A DNA stretch of 64,000 nucleotides from NCBI RefSeq assembly GCF_006345805.1, contig NC_043002.1, positions 46,686,001-46,750,000 of the forward strand, written 5' to 3'. The position numbers and the translations under genes were made by a program. Below, piece after piece: positions 28,459 through 40,046 of this stretch. Position 1 is the first letter of the stretch, and each line of letters begins with the position of its first letter. The DNA comes from Octopus sinensis. Its lineage: Eukaryota. The notes below the pieces were generated by a model. The model made no database searches, was not told where the DNA came from, and worked only from the letters and a program-made list of their open reading frames with translations.

Positions 28459-29733
28459 CGAGAGGCGTTCAATAAGTAATACTCCTGACCCACTTCTCAT
28501 AGCAGTAGAGCAACGAAACTTAGCACAGTTATTAGTCTTTTTCTACATAGGAACCACCCAGAGTTACGCATTTCTCCCATCGTTTGATGCAGCTCTGGAG
28601 ACCGTTTTTGTAGAAGACCCCAGCTTGGTTCTCCAACCACGACGTGACTTCAGAAATCAAGGCTGCATCATCTGGGAAACACTTTCCTTTCAAAAACAAC
28701 TTCATGGCTGGGAAGAGGTCAAGAGAGTAGGGGGGATGGGGGAGGAGTTTATAGCCGCACGTCTGTGCTTCTGATCTGGCGACAAGCGAGTTGTGGACGG
28801 GAGCGTTGTCCTGCAGGAGGAGGATGCCTTTGCTGAGCTTGCCCCGCCTCTATGATTTTGATAGCTTCTCTTAATTTCCCCAGAAGTGAAGCATAATAGG
28901 CTCCTGTAATTGTGGTACCCTTTGCCAGGAAATCTGTCATCACTACTCCGTCCTGGTCCCAGAAGACTGTGAGCATGACCTTGCCAGAGGAGGGCTGCAC
29001 CCTTGCCTTCTTTGGAGGAGGTGAGTCACGGTGCTTCCACTGCATTCACTGGGCTTTGGTCTCTGGATCATAGTGATTGACCCAGGTTTCATCCTGTGTA
29101 ATCAGTCTTTTGAAAAATTTTAACTCATCTTCTTGGCACATCTCCAAATTCATCCTCGAGTACTCGACGCTTTCTTGCTTCTGGAAAGGTGTGAGCAACC
29201 TGGGAATCCATCTGGCAGACACCTTTTGCATATGCAAATAGTCATGAATGATAGTTTCCACAGACCCGGTACTAATCTTGACCTCATGGGCTATTTGGCG
29301 AATAGTTATGCGTCGATCTTCCAAAATGGCAGCCTCAACTTGACGGACAGATACCTCATCAATGGCAGAAGGGGGGGGAGACCAGATCTGGGAGCTGTTT
29401 CCACAGAGTTCCGACCATGTTTGAATTCACGATGCCAGCGTTTTACAAGATCATATGATGGGGCATCATCACCATAAGTTACTTTCATTTCATCAAAAGT
29501 CTCATGTGATGTGCGTCCTTTCAAATACAAAAACCGGATCACTGCTCGACACTCAACAGGCTTCATTTCACACTTGACTCAGTTCAAACACCTGTAAATC
29601 AGAAACCACAATTAGTTCAGAGCTGTAATTTGTCACTTAATTTATAGAGATATAAATAATTGCACATACAAAATTTCAGCTAGATCAAACAGCTGCAAGT
29701 GGATCAGGGACATTACTCATTGAACGTCCCTCG
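28459..29733 (-). mobile_element. Full-length mariner (irritans-like), defective; copy 1
   Basis: TA TSDs at 28457-28458 and 29734-29735; TIRs cgag(a/g)g(g/a)cgttcaat(a/g)agtaat; transposase in three ORF pieces; in-frame TGA, small indels and a 21-bp deletion of the third catalytic Asp motif. Confidence 0.95.
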
Positions 29734-29910
29734 TATTTGCTCACTGTTGATGATATGAATAGGTTTAAATATCTAGCTTGTCTTTTATGCTTGAAGTCTA
29801 TGGGGTGATCTGATGAGAACGGTTTTCTTTGTAATAGTGTAATGCTTTCATTGATGAATTAAAGGAATCGCTCAAAACGGCCGTAATGAATTGAAACTTA
29901 TACATCTTTG

Positions 29911-29958
<48 letters not shown>

Positions 29959-30214
29959 AAAAAAAAGTCACGATAGAAAACGCTAAAATGATTTAATAAA
30001 AAACATTTCAGTACCGGTTTCAGTCATTGAGACGTTTTCAACTGTAATAATTAAACGATTAAATTTAGAAAAATTAAAAGAAAACTTTTTAAAAAGAATA
30101 TTGTATTGTGTTCTGTACAAGTAGCATTTTCCTTGTTGTCTGAACGGAGAAACCGTTTATTTTTTACACGCACACACACACTCTCTCTCTCTCTTTCACA
30201 CACACACATATTTG

Positions 30215-30400
30215 TGTGTTTCTTTGAGCCTGTTTGTCCTCCACCACCGCTTGACAATCATTGTAGGTTTGTGTACGCCCCAGTAACTTGGCGGTTCAGC
30301 ATAGGCAACCGCTAGTATTAGTACCAGGCTTACAAAAGTAATTACTGGGTCCATTTGTTCAACTAAGCCCTTTCAAGGCAATGACTGAAGCAAGTAAAAA
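30215..30400 (+). mobile_element. SINE family A, degenerate 3' half
   Basis: cgcttgacaatc..gtaacttggcggttcagc..caatgactgaagcaagtaaaa. Confidence 0.65.
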
Positions 30401-30577
30401 ATAAACGGTTTCTCCGTTCAGAAAAAGTAGCTACAGAAATGAAGGTTGTGCAAAGACAGTGAATCAATTAAAATATTGATGAATATAATTATAAAACTAC
30501 GTATTTAGAATTTTTAAAAGATAATAAGAGATTTTATTGCAAATTGACTCGATCCAATATATTTTTGGTTAAGATGA

Positions 30578-30980
30578 GGCGTTGGAGTGGGTGTGTGGTA
30601 AGTAGCTTGCTTACCTACCACATGGTCCCGGGTTCAGTCACACTGCGTGGCACCTTGGGCAAGTGTCTTCTATTATAGCCTTAGGCCGACCAAAGTCTTG
30701 TGAGTGGATTTGGTAGACGGAAACTGAAAGAAGACTCTCGTATATATGTATATATATATATATATATATGCATGTGTGTGTATATGTTTGTGTGTCAGTG
30801 TTTGTCTCCCTAACATCGCTTGACAACCGATGCTGGTGTGTTTAAGTCCCCGTAACTTAGCGGTTCGGCAAAAGAGCCCGATAGAATAAGTACTAGGCTT
30901 ACAAAGTTCTGGGGTCGATTTGGTCGACTAAAGGCGGTGCTCCAGCATGGCCACAATCAAATGTCTGAAACAAGTAAAAT
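30578..30980 (+). mobile_element. SINE family A, full length
   Basis: Complete head, CORE-like segment, microsatellite and tail. Confidence 0.9.
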
Positions 30981-31540
30981 AAGTATGAGTAAAAAATATA
31001 AATTTGTCTGTGGTTTTAGTGTATTTAAATAAAATTTTCCCTCTATGTAATGTATGTGATACTTCTGAAAAGCATATTCCTATTAAAAAAAAAAAAAATG
31101 AAATGTTAATAATCACGTGCGATGGTTCTAAATATAATTAAGCAGAAAATTTGATACGGTAAGTGCAACTGTTATATCTAATTCGGCGCCAAAAGTTTAA
31201 CATGCGCGGAAAATTTTTGAAAACCCCGCCGAAATGTCGAATACAGCGTCAGAATTCTTTAGCGTGAACTAAATCTTGTAAACAGCAGCCACTTCCTTGC
31301 CTTCTTTATCGTTCTCTCACACTCCTCATATTTACATGTAAGCATACATGCGCGCGCCAACGCGTGTGTTCATGAGTGTGTGTGTATGCATATATATCCG
31401 CGTGTGTGTGTGTGTGTTTTGTGTGTGCTTGCGTATTTTATGCATGTGCATATACACACACACACACACGCATATATTCGTTTTGCATACGTTTCAATAC
31501 AACAATATATATATATATATATATTACATGCACATACATG

Positions 31541-31699
<159 letters not shown>

Positions 31700-31814
31700 C
31701 ATACATCGAAATTGCGAGGATGATCCGGTTCTTGACTGAAGATTAAAGGCTACGAACGACCCGTCCGTGTTTTTTGTATCGTCTATCTGGATGTTTTGCG
31801 TTCTTGTCCCATTT

Positions 31815-31854
<40 letters not shown>

Positions 31855-31905
31855 TGTATTCCACCTGCCTTCGTCTTTTGTCTATTTTCATAAAGCTTCC
31901 CGTTG

Positions 31906-31939
<34 letters not shown>

Positions 31940-31961
31940 ATAATATAATATATATATATAT

Positions 31962-32036
<75 letters not shown>

Positions 32037-32450
32037 ATATATATATATGGTTGTGTTTGTTTCTAGAAAAAAAAATAAAATACATTAACAATTTACGAAG
32101 AAAGATTTTCTTAAAACATGCTACTTATATTTTAAAAATCTGAAGAAAAAGAAAACGCACACGAGCGTGTGTGTGAATATATGCATATATGCATGTATAT
32201 TTATGCATAATATATGCATGTTCAGAGACACACATACATCGCAAAAGAGCTAAGAGGAAATAACTCGAAGAGGTCAACGACATGACTTTGGATTACGGGG
32301 TCGACGGCAGTGGGATGTAGTAAATGAATACAAACATACTTAGTAATAAACAGTTTATTTTTTCTTATATATACAATCGTAGTTATGTTTGTCTGTGCGT
32401 TTCAACTATTAGGATTGTCAGAGAAATTCGTTTTATTTTAGACACTACAT

Positions 32451-32717
32451 TACTCTTTTACTCTTTTCAGTCATTTGACTGCGGCCATGCTGGAGCACCG
32501 CCTTTAGTCGAGCAAATCGACCACAGGACTTATTCTTTGGAAGCCTAGTACTTATTCTATCGGTCTCTTTTGCCGAACCGCTAAGTTACGGGAACGTAAA
32601 GACACCAGCATCGGTTGTCCAGCGATGTTGGGGGGGGGGACAAACACAGACACACAAACACACACACACACACACACACACAACACACACATACACACAC
32701 ACACACACACACCACAC

Positions 32718-32772
<55 letters not shown>

Positions 32773-32943
32773 TATATACGACGGGCTTCTTTCAGTTTCC
32801 GTCTACCAAATCCACTCACAAGGCTTTGGTCGGCTTGAGGCTATAGTAGAAGACACATGCCTAAGGTGCCACGCAGTGGGACTGAACCCGGAATCATGTG
32901 GTTGGTAAGCAAGCTACTTACCACACACCCCCACTCCTGCGTC
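32451..32943 (-). mobile_element. SINE family A, full length with expanded (CA)/(TA) core
   Basis: Complete motif set. Confidence 0.9.
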
Positions 32944-33324
32944 TGTTTTTGAAAAAGAGTTAAAATTTATTTAGATTTTAAAGATGATAAGCCGAAGTCA
33001 TAAAGGAAGAATAGAGCCACAAGAAAACCAAAAAACACTATGAAGCAAATATTTTTCGTTCTAATTCAAATAACATTGGAAAGGGGGGAAATGATGGTAG
33101 TGGTGGCGATGGTGTTGGTGGTAGTAGTGGTGACGGAACGAACGAATTTATCTGACAACCTAATTACGTAAATTCATCACATGAGTTTTTAAACCTTTTA
33201 AATATCACTGCTCCCACCAACAAAACAAAGAGCTACAAGAGAGAGCTCTCAACAGCGTAGAACAAATAATTACATTTGTAAAACCAACTTAAACTAAGCT
33301 TCGGTTTATAAATGATATACATAA

Positions 33325-33730
33325 GTGCAGGCGTGGCTGGGTGTAAGAAATTTGCTTCCTTACTACATCGCTCCGGGTTCGGTCCCACTGCGTGGAACCT
33401 TGGGTAACTCTCTTCTGCTATAGCCTTAGGGCGACTAAAGCCTTCTTAGTAGATTTGGTTGGCGGAAATTGAAAGAAGCCCATCGTGTGTGTATGTGTGT
33501 GTGTGTGTGTGTGTATTAGTGCCTGTGTTTACCCCCCCCCCTCACTACTTGACAACAGATGTTGGTTTGTTTACGTCGCCGGATTTTAGCGGTTTGGCAA
33601 AAGATAATGATCGAATAAGTGTCAGGCTTTAAAAAAGGTACTGGGGTCGATTTATTCGACCAAAAACTCTCCAAGGTTGTGTCCCAGCATGGCCGCAGTC
33701 TAATAATTGAAACAAATAAAAGATAAAAGA
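33325..33730 (+). mobile_element. SINE family A, older full-length copy
   Basis: Complete but diverged motif set. Confidence 0.8.
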
Positions 33731-33861
33731 TTTTGAATTGGATATAATTAGTATTTATATAATAGAGTTCGAAAAAGTAATTATGCAAATTCGTGTAATT
33801 TCAATGTTCGTATGTATACACACACATACGCGTATGCACACATTGCATCTATAATCCATTC

Positions 33862-33944
33862 TGAAGACCAGCAATTTCGGGGTGGGGAAGGTAAGTCGAT
33901 TGCATCGACCCCAGTGCTTCGAAAGGATGAAAGGCAAGTTGACC
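33862..33944 (-). mobile_element. SINE family C fragment at the truncation point of the L1/Tx1 element
   Basis: ggtcaacttgcctttcatcctttcg..ctggggtcgatgcaatcgacttacc on the minus strand. Confidence 0.7.
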
Positions 33945-36030
33945 TTGTTTCTAAGGGAACCCCCAGGCCACGAACATTTATGCAACCTATCTTGAGTATG
34001 ACCATTTGAGCGGTTGGTAAGGATAAAAAGGAGAGGACTACTTACCGTTAGCACTCTGGGGTGGGAGCGGGGCAGATTTCCAGCCCCTCTAGTGGGGTGG
34101 GGTGGTCTCCATGACCAAGGATTTATAGCGCTCCAGGACACTTTCGTGTTGAAGCCTCCAATCGCCTTTGGAAATTTGGATTTTATGTTGCTGTATGTAT
34201 GTTACGATGTTCGAAGTATCTGTATGTGTGGTAACAGTGTGTCATCCGTAGAGGAAACAAAGTCAGTCATATGATGTCTGTATTTTTCTTTATGTATAAT
34301 AGTAAGTTTGTGTTGTCTATGTTTATGGCGGTGTGTTTTGTGGTGTTTTTATTTTCGTTTACTTTTTGTATTGACCCTGTTGTGCCTTGTACTTTTAGTT
34401 GTGTCTGTAGTGTTGGTAGTGATGGTGAAAGTGCTGGAAGCGTGGGTGTTTGTGAGTTGTTTTCGGGTGATTTTGATTGCTTTTTGGGGGTACAGCTTGT
34501 TTATTTGTTGGTGGACTGTTGTGCCTTTTTCTTAGTCTTTTACATGTGACTTCTGTCCACTCAATTCTTTCGGCCTCTCAGCACGACATGTCTGAGTGGT
34601 CAGAGTTGGGAAAGGAGTAGTTCCAGTGGGTCGAAATTTGCTGATATTTTTGTTGCTCTTGCAAGAGCTGTGTTGATGGTGCTTTTGTTGGCACTGTGGT
34701 GGTGGTTGTGGTGAACGCCTTTGTTGTTGTTGTTGTTGTTGACGTTGTTGTCTCTTGAGTAGTAAGTGGTGGTGTCTTTGCCGGAGCGCTCTCTGCTTTC
34801 TTCTCTTTGAGCTGCTTTTGTTGTTGGGGTTGCTTCTGTAGTTGAGATTGCTTCAGTTATTGCGGTGTGGGTGGTACTTGTATCAAGAGGGTAGTGCCAT
34901 CCTTCTGTTTTAGTTGTGGGCAGAAGGCTTTCAGGTGGTTATTCTGTCCGCATTGATGACATCTTAGCATTCTGCCCTCAACTGTGACGTTCAACATAGT
35001 GACATCTGGAGAGAATTTGTTCCAAAACGTCTTCGTTTATTTGGACCATTATTTGCAATTCCTGACCAGTCTAGTTGTTTTTTCTGTGTTTCTCGACTTG
35101 GATGATTCTGATTTTATCTTCCAAGTCGAGGAGGACGGCTGCGACAATCCAGCAAGCGTTAATTTCTGGTGGTATCACCAGTATTTTTATATTGACGACA
35201 TGCCGTCTCAAGTATGTTGAACTTGGACAAGTTCACTGTTTCTCAGCTGGGCTGTTGAGTGCTGTTTTACTACGTCTTTGTAGCAAATCTGACTTCAATT
35301 GTGCCATATTTCTTATACCCCTCGACAGATATATTACGTCTTTCCAAATGGGTTGCAAGCACTTTTCAACTGATTGTTTTGTGGAAGTTTCTAAACATCT
35401 GTGTTTTAAAGATATAGTTTTGTACACTATGGTACAACTGTCTGTATTGTCTATAATATCTGGAGGTGTGTTTATCAAAACACATCTTTCGCTTTTTTTT
35501 AACATGTTTCTGTAGTCTTTGAGAGATTCTACAGAAACATTAATGAATTCATCTCTAGGTTTTGCCATTGAAGCATAACCTCGGCTGTTAATGTATTGGG
35601 TTGTGGTTGAGTGTTCAATGTTGGATTCACAGCTGAATTTCCTTGCTCTTCCCCTCTTCTTTCTCAAGTTTATTTTCGTCTTTATTTTCTTCTTTTTATT
35701 TTCCCTCTGTTGCTCAGCGCTGCACGTGCTAGCAAGGCTTTAGCCGTCCCTCTCGCTGCCTTTTAAGGCGCGGAGTGGGCGGAGACAATTTTCAAACTTT
35801 TTTTGGCTGTCTTCCGACAGCAGGTGGGGGATGGGGGGGGGGAGTTGAAAGAAAGGAAGAGCTGACGCTCTTCTCCAAGGACATTCTGCAAATTTTAAAA
35901 TTGAAAAATGAAAAAATGGAGAATTTAAATTGAAAATTTGTTCCAAAAGGGGAAAAAGTCCTGCCTAACCGATCAGCTCAGCAAGAACCCAGTCCGCCTG
36001 GGCACTGAACCGTCGAAAAGATTTTCAGAT
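33945..36030 (-). mobile_element. L1/Tx1-clade LINE 5' half: 5' UTR, disrupted ORF1 (zinc knuckle) and first codons of ORF2 endonuclease
   Basis: ORF1 pieces VEKCLQPIWKDVIYLSRG, VNIKILVIPPEINACWIVAAV and VTVEGRMLRCHQCGQNNHLKAFCP (CX2CX4HX4C at 34920-34961), then a Thr/Asn-rich tail. ORF2 start MVILKIGCINVRGLG at 34005 matches the APE N-terminal motif. The 5' boundary is uncertain. Confidence 0.8.
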
Positions 36031-36118
36031 ACAACAATATTATCTGCAAAAATTGAACAAAAATTTACAGCTCACGAACACACGTCCTTCCTCTTTGAAA
36101 TCCAAGAGCAGAGTCCCA

Positions 36119-36120
36119 AT

Positions 36121-36151
<31 letters not shown>

Positions 36152-36193
36152 GCAGCAGCAGCAGCAGCAACAACAACAACAACAACAACAACA

Positions 36194-36249
<56 letters not shown>
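36119..36249. repeat. (AAC)n/(AGC)n compound microsatellite
   Basis: Read directly. Confidence 0.9.
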
Positions 36250-36251
36250 AG

Positions 36252-36643
36252 TTTCAAATTTTGCCACAAGGTTAGCAATTTTGTGGAGGGAAAGAGTCGA
36301 TTATATTGACACCAGTGTTCAACTGGTACTTATTTTATCGACCCCGAAAGGATAAAAGGCAAGGTCGACCTCGGTGGAATTTGAATCAGAACGAAGTGGC
36401 AGACGAAATACCTATTTCTTTACTACCCACAAGGGGCCAAACACAGAGAGGACAAACAAGGAGAGACAAACGGATTAAGTCGATTATATCGACCCCAGTG
36501 CGTAACTGGTTCTTATTTAATCGACCCCGAAAGGATGAAAGGCAAAGTCGACCTCGGCGGAATTTGAACTCAGAACGTAGCGGCAGACGAGATACCGCTA
36601 AACATTTCGCCCGGCGTGCTAATGATTCTGCCAGCTCGCCGCC

Positions 36644-36646
<3 letters not shown>
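36252..36646 (-). mobile_element. SINE family C head-to-tail dimer
   Basis: Head plus two bodies with the same gtaaagaaatag|gtatttcg junction as 22546-23062. Confidence 0.85.
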
Positions 36647-36685
<39 letters not shown>

Positions 36686-36708
36686 TAATAATAATAATAA
36701 TATAATAA

Positions 36709-36815
36709 TACAATAACCATCAGAGCATCACAACAAATCACAGCACATACCTAAGGCACACAGAGCTGCGCTTCGGTAGTGAAGTGAAAGCACGCTATAA
36801 AAATTAAAACTACTG
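36709..36815 (+). mobile_element. R4/Dong-clade LINE, 3' UTR-only copy in (TAA)n
   Basis: Near-identical to 37592-37696 and flanked by (TAA)n on both sides. Confidence 0.85.
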
Positions 36816-36831
36816 AATAATAATAATAATA

Positions 36832-36871
<40 letters not shown>

Positions 36872-36876
<5 letters not shown>

Positions 36877-37693
36877 CGCAAAAGAAATAGACAAAGAAAA
36901 ATCCCAGCAATGGTTGAGAAGCTCAGGACTCAAAGCAGAAACAGAGGGATTTTTAATTGCAGCACAAGACCAAAGCCTCCCCACCAGAAATTACCAAAAA
37001 CATGTAATGAAAAGAAATATTACAAGTAACTGCAGAATATGTGGAGATGGACAAGAAACAATAAATCATATTATCTCTAGCTGCCCCAGTCCTGGCTAAG
37101 AAGGAATATATTCACAGACGTGACAGAGTTGGAACCTACATACATTGGAAGCTATGCCAACATTATGGAATAACAACAGAAAAAAGATGGTATAGGCACA
37201 CACCAGAAAAGGTCACAGAAAACGAGAAAGCAACCATACTCTGGGATATGCCGATACACACAGATAGAGAAATTAAGGCCAACAGACCAGATATAGTTGT
37301 CAGAGATCATGAAGAAAAAAAATGCTTTCTAATTGATGTATCAATACCGGCAGATGACAACGTGTCTCTAAAAGAAATGGAGAAACTCTCAAAATACAAA
37401 GACCTGGAAATAGAGATAACTAGAATGTGGAACCTGAAAACAGAAACAATTCCTATCATAGTAGGTGCATTAGGCATGATAAAAATATTCAGACAAATGC
37501 ATAACAAAAACACCAGGACTTACAAACACATATAACATACAGAAAATTGCACTACTAGGCACTGCACACATCCTACGCAGAACACTTTCCATACAATAAC
37601 CATCAGAGCATCACAACAAATCACAGCACATACCCAAGGCACACAGAGCTGCGCTCGGTATTGAAGTGAAAGCACGCTATAAAAATAAAACTA

Positions 37694-37696
<3 letters not shown>
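36872..37696 (+). mobile_element. R4/Dong-clade LINE 3' fragment (CCHC finger and restriction-like endonuclease) in (TAA)n
   Basis: GLKAETEGFLIAAQDQSLPTRNY, CRICGDGQETINHIISSC, RHDRVG..IHWKLC, RPDIVV..LIDVSIPAD..EKLSKYKDL, PIIVGALG and QKIALLGTAHILR; two frameshifts; stop at 37597-37599. Confidence 0.9.
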
Positions 37697-37741
<45 letters not shown>

Positions 37742-37852
37742 GATGCTGATGATGATGATGATGATGATGATGATGTAAATCTGGTAAGATGCAGTTTGTT
37801 AGTCTCTAATATAAACCCGGGTTTTATAGAGAACACAAATTACTCGATAATT

Positions 37853-38031
37853 ATGTACATTATTTACAATTGACGGATATTTGTCCTCATTTTGTTTTTT
37901 GTTAACACAACGTTTCGGCTGATATACCCTCCAGCCTTCATCAGGTGTCTTGGAGAAATTTCGAACCTGGGTTCTCATTCGCAAGGTATATTTTGATGTT
38001 GTTGTTGTTGTTGTTGTTGTTATTATTATTA

Positions 38032-38067
<36 letters not shown>

Positions 38068-38140
38068 TCACTGCCTGGAATCGAACTCGGAATCTTGAGG
38101 TTAGTAGCCCGCGCTCTTAACCACTACACCCTATGCTCGT
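37853..38140 (-). mobile_element. tRNA-headed, hammerhead-tailed non-autonomous element, left copy
   Basis: Reverse complement of 38164-38495: head 38062-38135, (AAT)/(AAC) tract, hammerhead 37904-37949. Confidence 0.8.
37904..37949 (-). ncRNA. Minimal type I hammerhead ribozyme motif
   Basis: GACAC-CUGAUGA-A-GGCUG(gagggtatat)CAGCC-GAAACGU-U-GUGUU on the minus strand. Confidence 0.7.
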
Positions 38141-38163
38141 GAGTTAAGAGCCCGTGCTACTAT

Positions 38164-38233
38164 GCCCGTGGTGTAGTGGTTAAGAGCGCGGGCTACTAAC
38201 CCAAGATTCCGAGTTCGATTCCAGGCAGTGACT

Positions 38234-38324
<91 letters not shown>

Positions 38325-38521
38325 CAACAACAACAACATCGAAATTATACCTTAGGAATGAGAATCCAGGTTCGAAATTTCTCCAAGACACCTGATGAAG
38401 GCTGGAGGGTATATCAGCCGAAACGTTGTGTTAACAACAAACAAGATGAGGACAAATATCCGTCAATTGTAAATAATGTAAATAATGTACATAATTCCTC
38501 ATCTCTTAAATATAGAACTGG
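38164..38521 (+). mobile_element. tRNA-headed, hammerhead-tailed non-autonomous element, right copy
   Basis: A box tggtgtagtgg and B box gagttcgattcc (head 38164-38237), (AAT)n(AAC)n 38236-38339, hammerhead 38387-38432, A-rich tail to 38521. Confidence 0.82.
38387..38432 (+). ncRNA. Minimal type I hammerhead ribozyme motif
   Basis: Stem I gacac 38387-38391 / gtgtt 38428-38432; CTGATGA 38392-38398 plus an extra A; stem II ggctg 38400-38404 / cagcc 38415-38419; GAAA 38420-38423; palindromic ACGT; GUU site with U at 38427. Confidence 0.7.
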
Positions 38522-38859
38522 ACTCGATAATTGATCAATACATTCACCAAACAGTACATCAAATACAGTTCGTCCCATTTAGAGATTAAACAGAAAATTC
38601 CGATAAGATAACAGGTACTATACAATTCCATTTCGAAGCACACAAAGGTTAATTTTTATCTGATAATCAAATCTGCAAAAGACTGACAAGGAAGAAGTCG
38701 TTGAGTAACTACAATTGTTTCAAAAGCACATCGGATGCATATAACGCAAATTACAAATGTCCGGCGTGTTTCCTCTTCAGGTACATGATGCCTTCTCAGT
38801 TGAATACATCGTAATGTTATGTAGTATACATACGATGTGCTTTTCATGTGTATATATAT

Positions 38860-39265
38860 AGGAGTGGCTGTATGGTAAGTAGCTTGCTTACAAACCACAT
38901 GGTTCCGGGTTCAGTCCTACTGCGTGGCACCTTGGGCAAGTGTCTTCTACTATGGCCTCGGGCCAACCAAAGCCTCATGAATGGATTTGGTAGACGGAAA
39001 CCGAAAGAAGCCCGTCGTATATATGTATATATATATATATGTGTGTGTGTGTGTATATGTTTGTGTGTCAGTGTTAGTCCCCCCAACATCGCTTGACAAC
39101 CGATGTTGGTGTGTTTACGTCCCTGTAACTTAGCGGTTCGGCAAAAGAGACCGATATAATAAGTACTAGGCTTCCAAAGAATAAGTCCCGGGGGTCGAGT
39201 TGCTCGAGTAAAGGCGGTGCTCCAGCATGGCCGCAGTCAAATGACTGAAACAAGTAAAAGAGAAT
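38860..39265 (+). mobile_element. SINE family A, near full length
   Basis: Complete motif set. Confidence 0.9.
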
Positions 39266-39509
39266 AATATATATATATATATATATAATATATATATATA
39301 TAAGCAGAGAGAGAGAGGGGGGAGTTGTCCCATTAAGTTTTCATAAATCTGATAAAAGCAGGCATTCGTATATTAGGTAAAAAAAGTAAATGAAAAAAAT
39401 ATATAGTTTTTCATGTACACATACAGTTCAAGTTTCCCATGTTTCGTGGCCTGTTCGACCAATTTGACGAAAGCTTGAATTCATATTCCCCCACTCACAC
39501 CCTTTAAAT

Positions 39510-40046
39510 CAGTGGTTCTGAACGGTTTTTTTTTTTAGTTATGGTCTCCTTTGATTACTATTTTAATTTGGTGAACCCACATAACCATTTGTAGTGTAAA
39601 AATTACTTTTATAGATACTTTAAAAATTCCTAATTTGCTTTTCACACATTAGCTTGTGTAGGTAGAACTATGTAGAACGTTAGAGAAAGAAATATTGCAG
39701 TTTCTTGCAATAGAGACATCTAAAGCAATTTTTTTTTCATGAAGTCTTAATTAATCCCCAATTTACGATGAAATGCTTTGTGTTATTTCGACCGCTGCTG
39801 CGTTCTGAGTTCAAATTTCGCCGAGGTCAACTTTGCCTTTCATCCTTTCGGAGTCGATAAATTAAGTATCAGTTACGCACTGGGGTCGATGTAATTGACT
39901 TAATTCCTTTGTTTGTCCTTGTTTGTCCCCTCCATGTTCAGCCCCTTGTGGGCTATAAAACAAAAATTACGAATTTGCTTCAGTGGACCCTCAATACTCA
40001 TATATGGATCCCGAGGGATTATACAGATCCCGGTTGAGAACCACTG
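39510..40046. mobile_element. hAT-type MITE with nested SINE family C (about 39785-39965)
   Basis: TIRs cagtggttctgaacgg / ggttgagaaccactg; imperfect 8-bp TSD ctttaaat / ctttgagt. Confidence 0.75.

Noticed and set aside
35938-36355. Poly-N/S, poly-T/A, poly-V/A and poly-L ORFs
   Set aside because: Open in several frames only because of the (AAC)/(AGC) repeat, and they run into a SINE.
38062-38237. Possible tRNA genes (apparent ACT anticodon)
   Set aside because: A and B boxes are present but the acceptor stem does not pair and the sequence runs into a repeat body; treated as SINE-type heads. The parent tRNA cannot be assigned.
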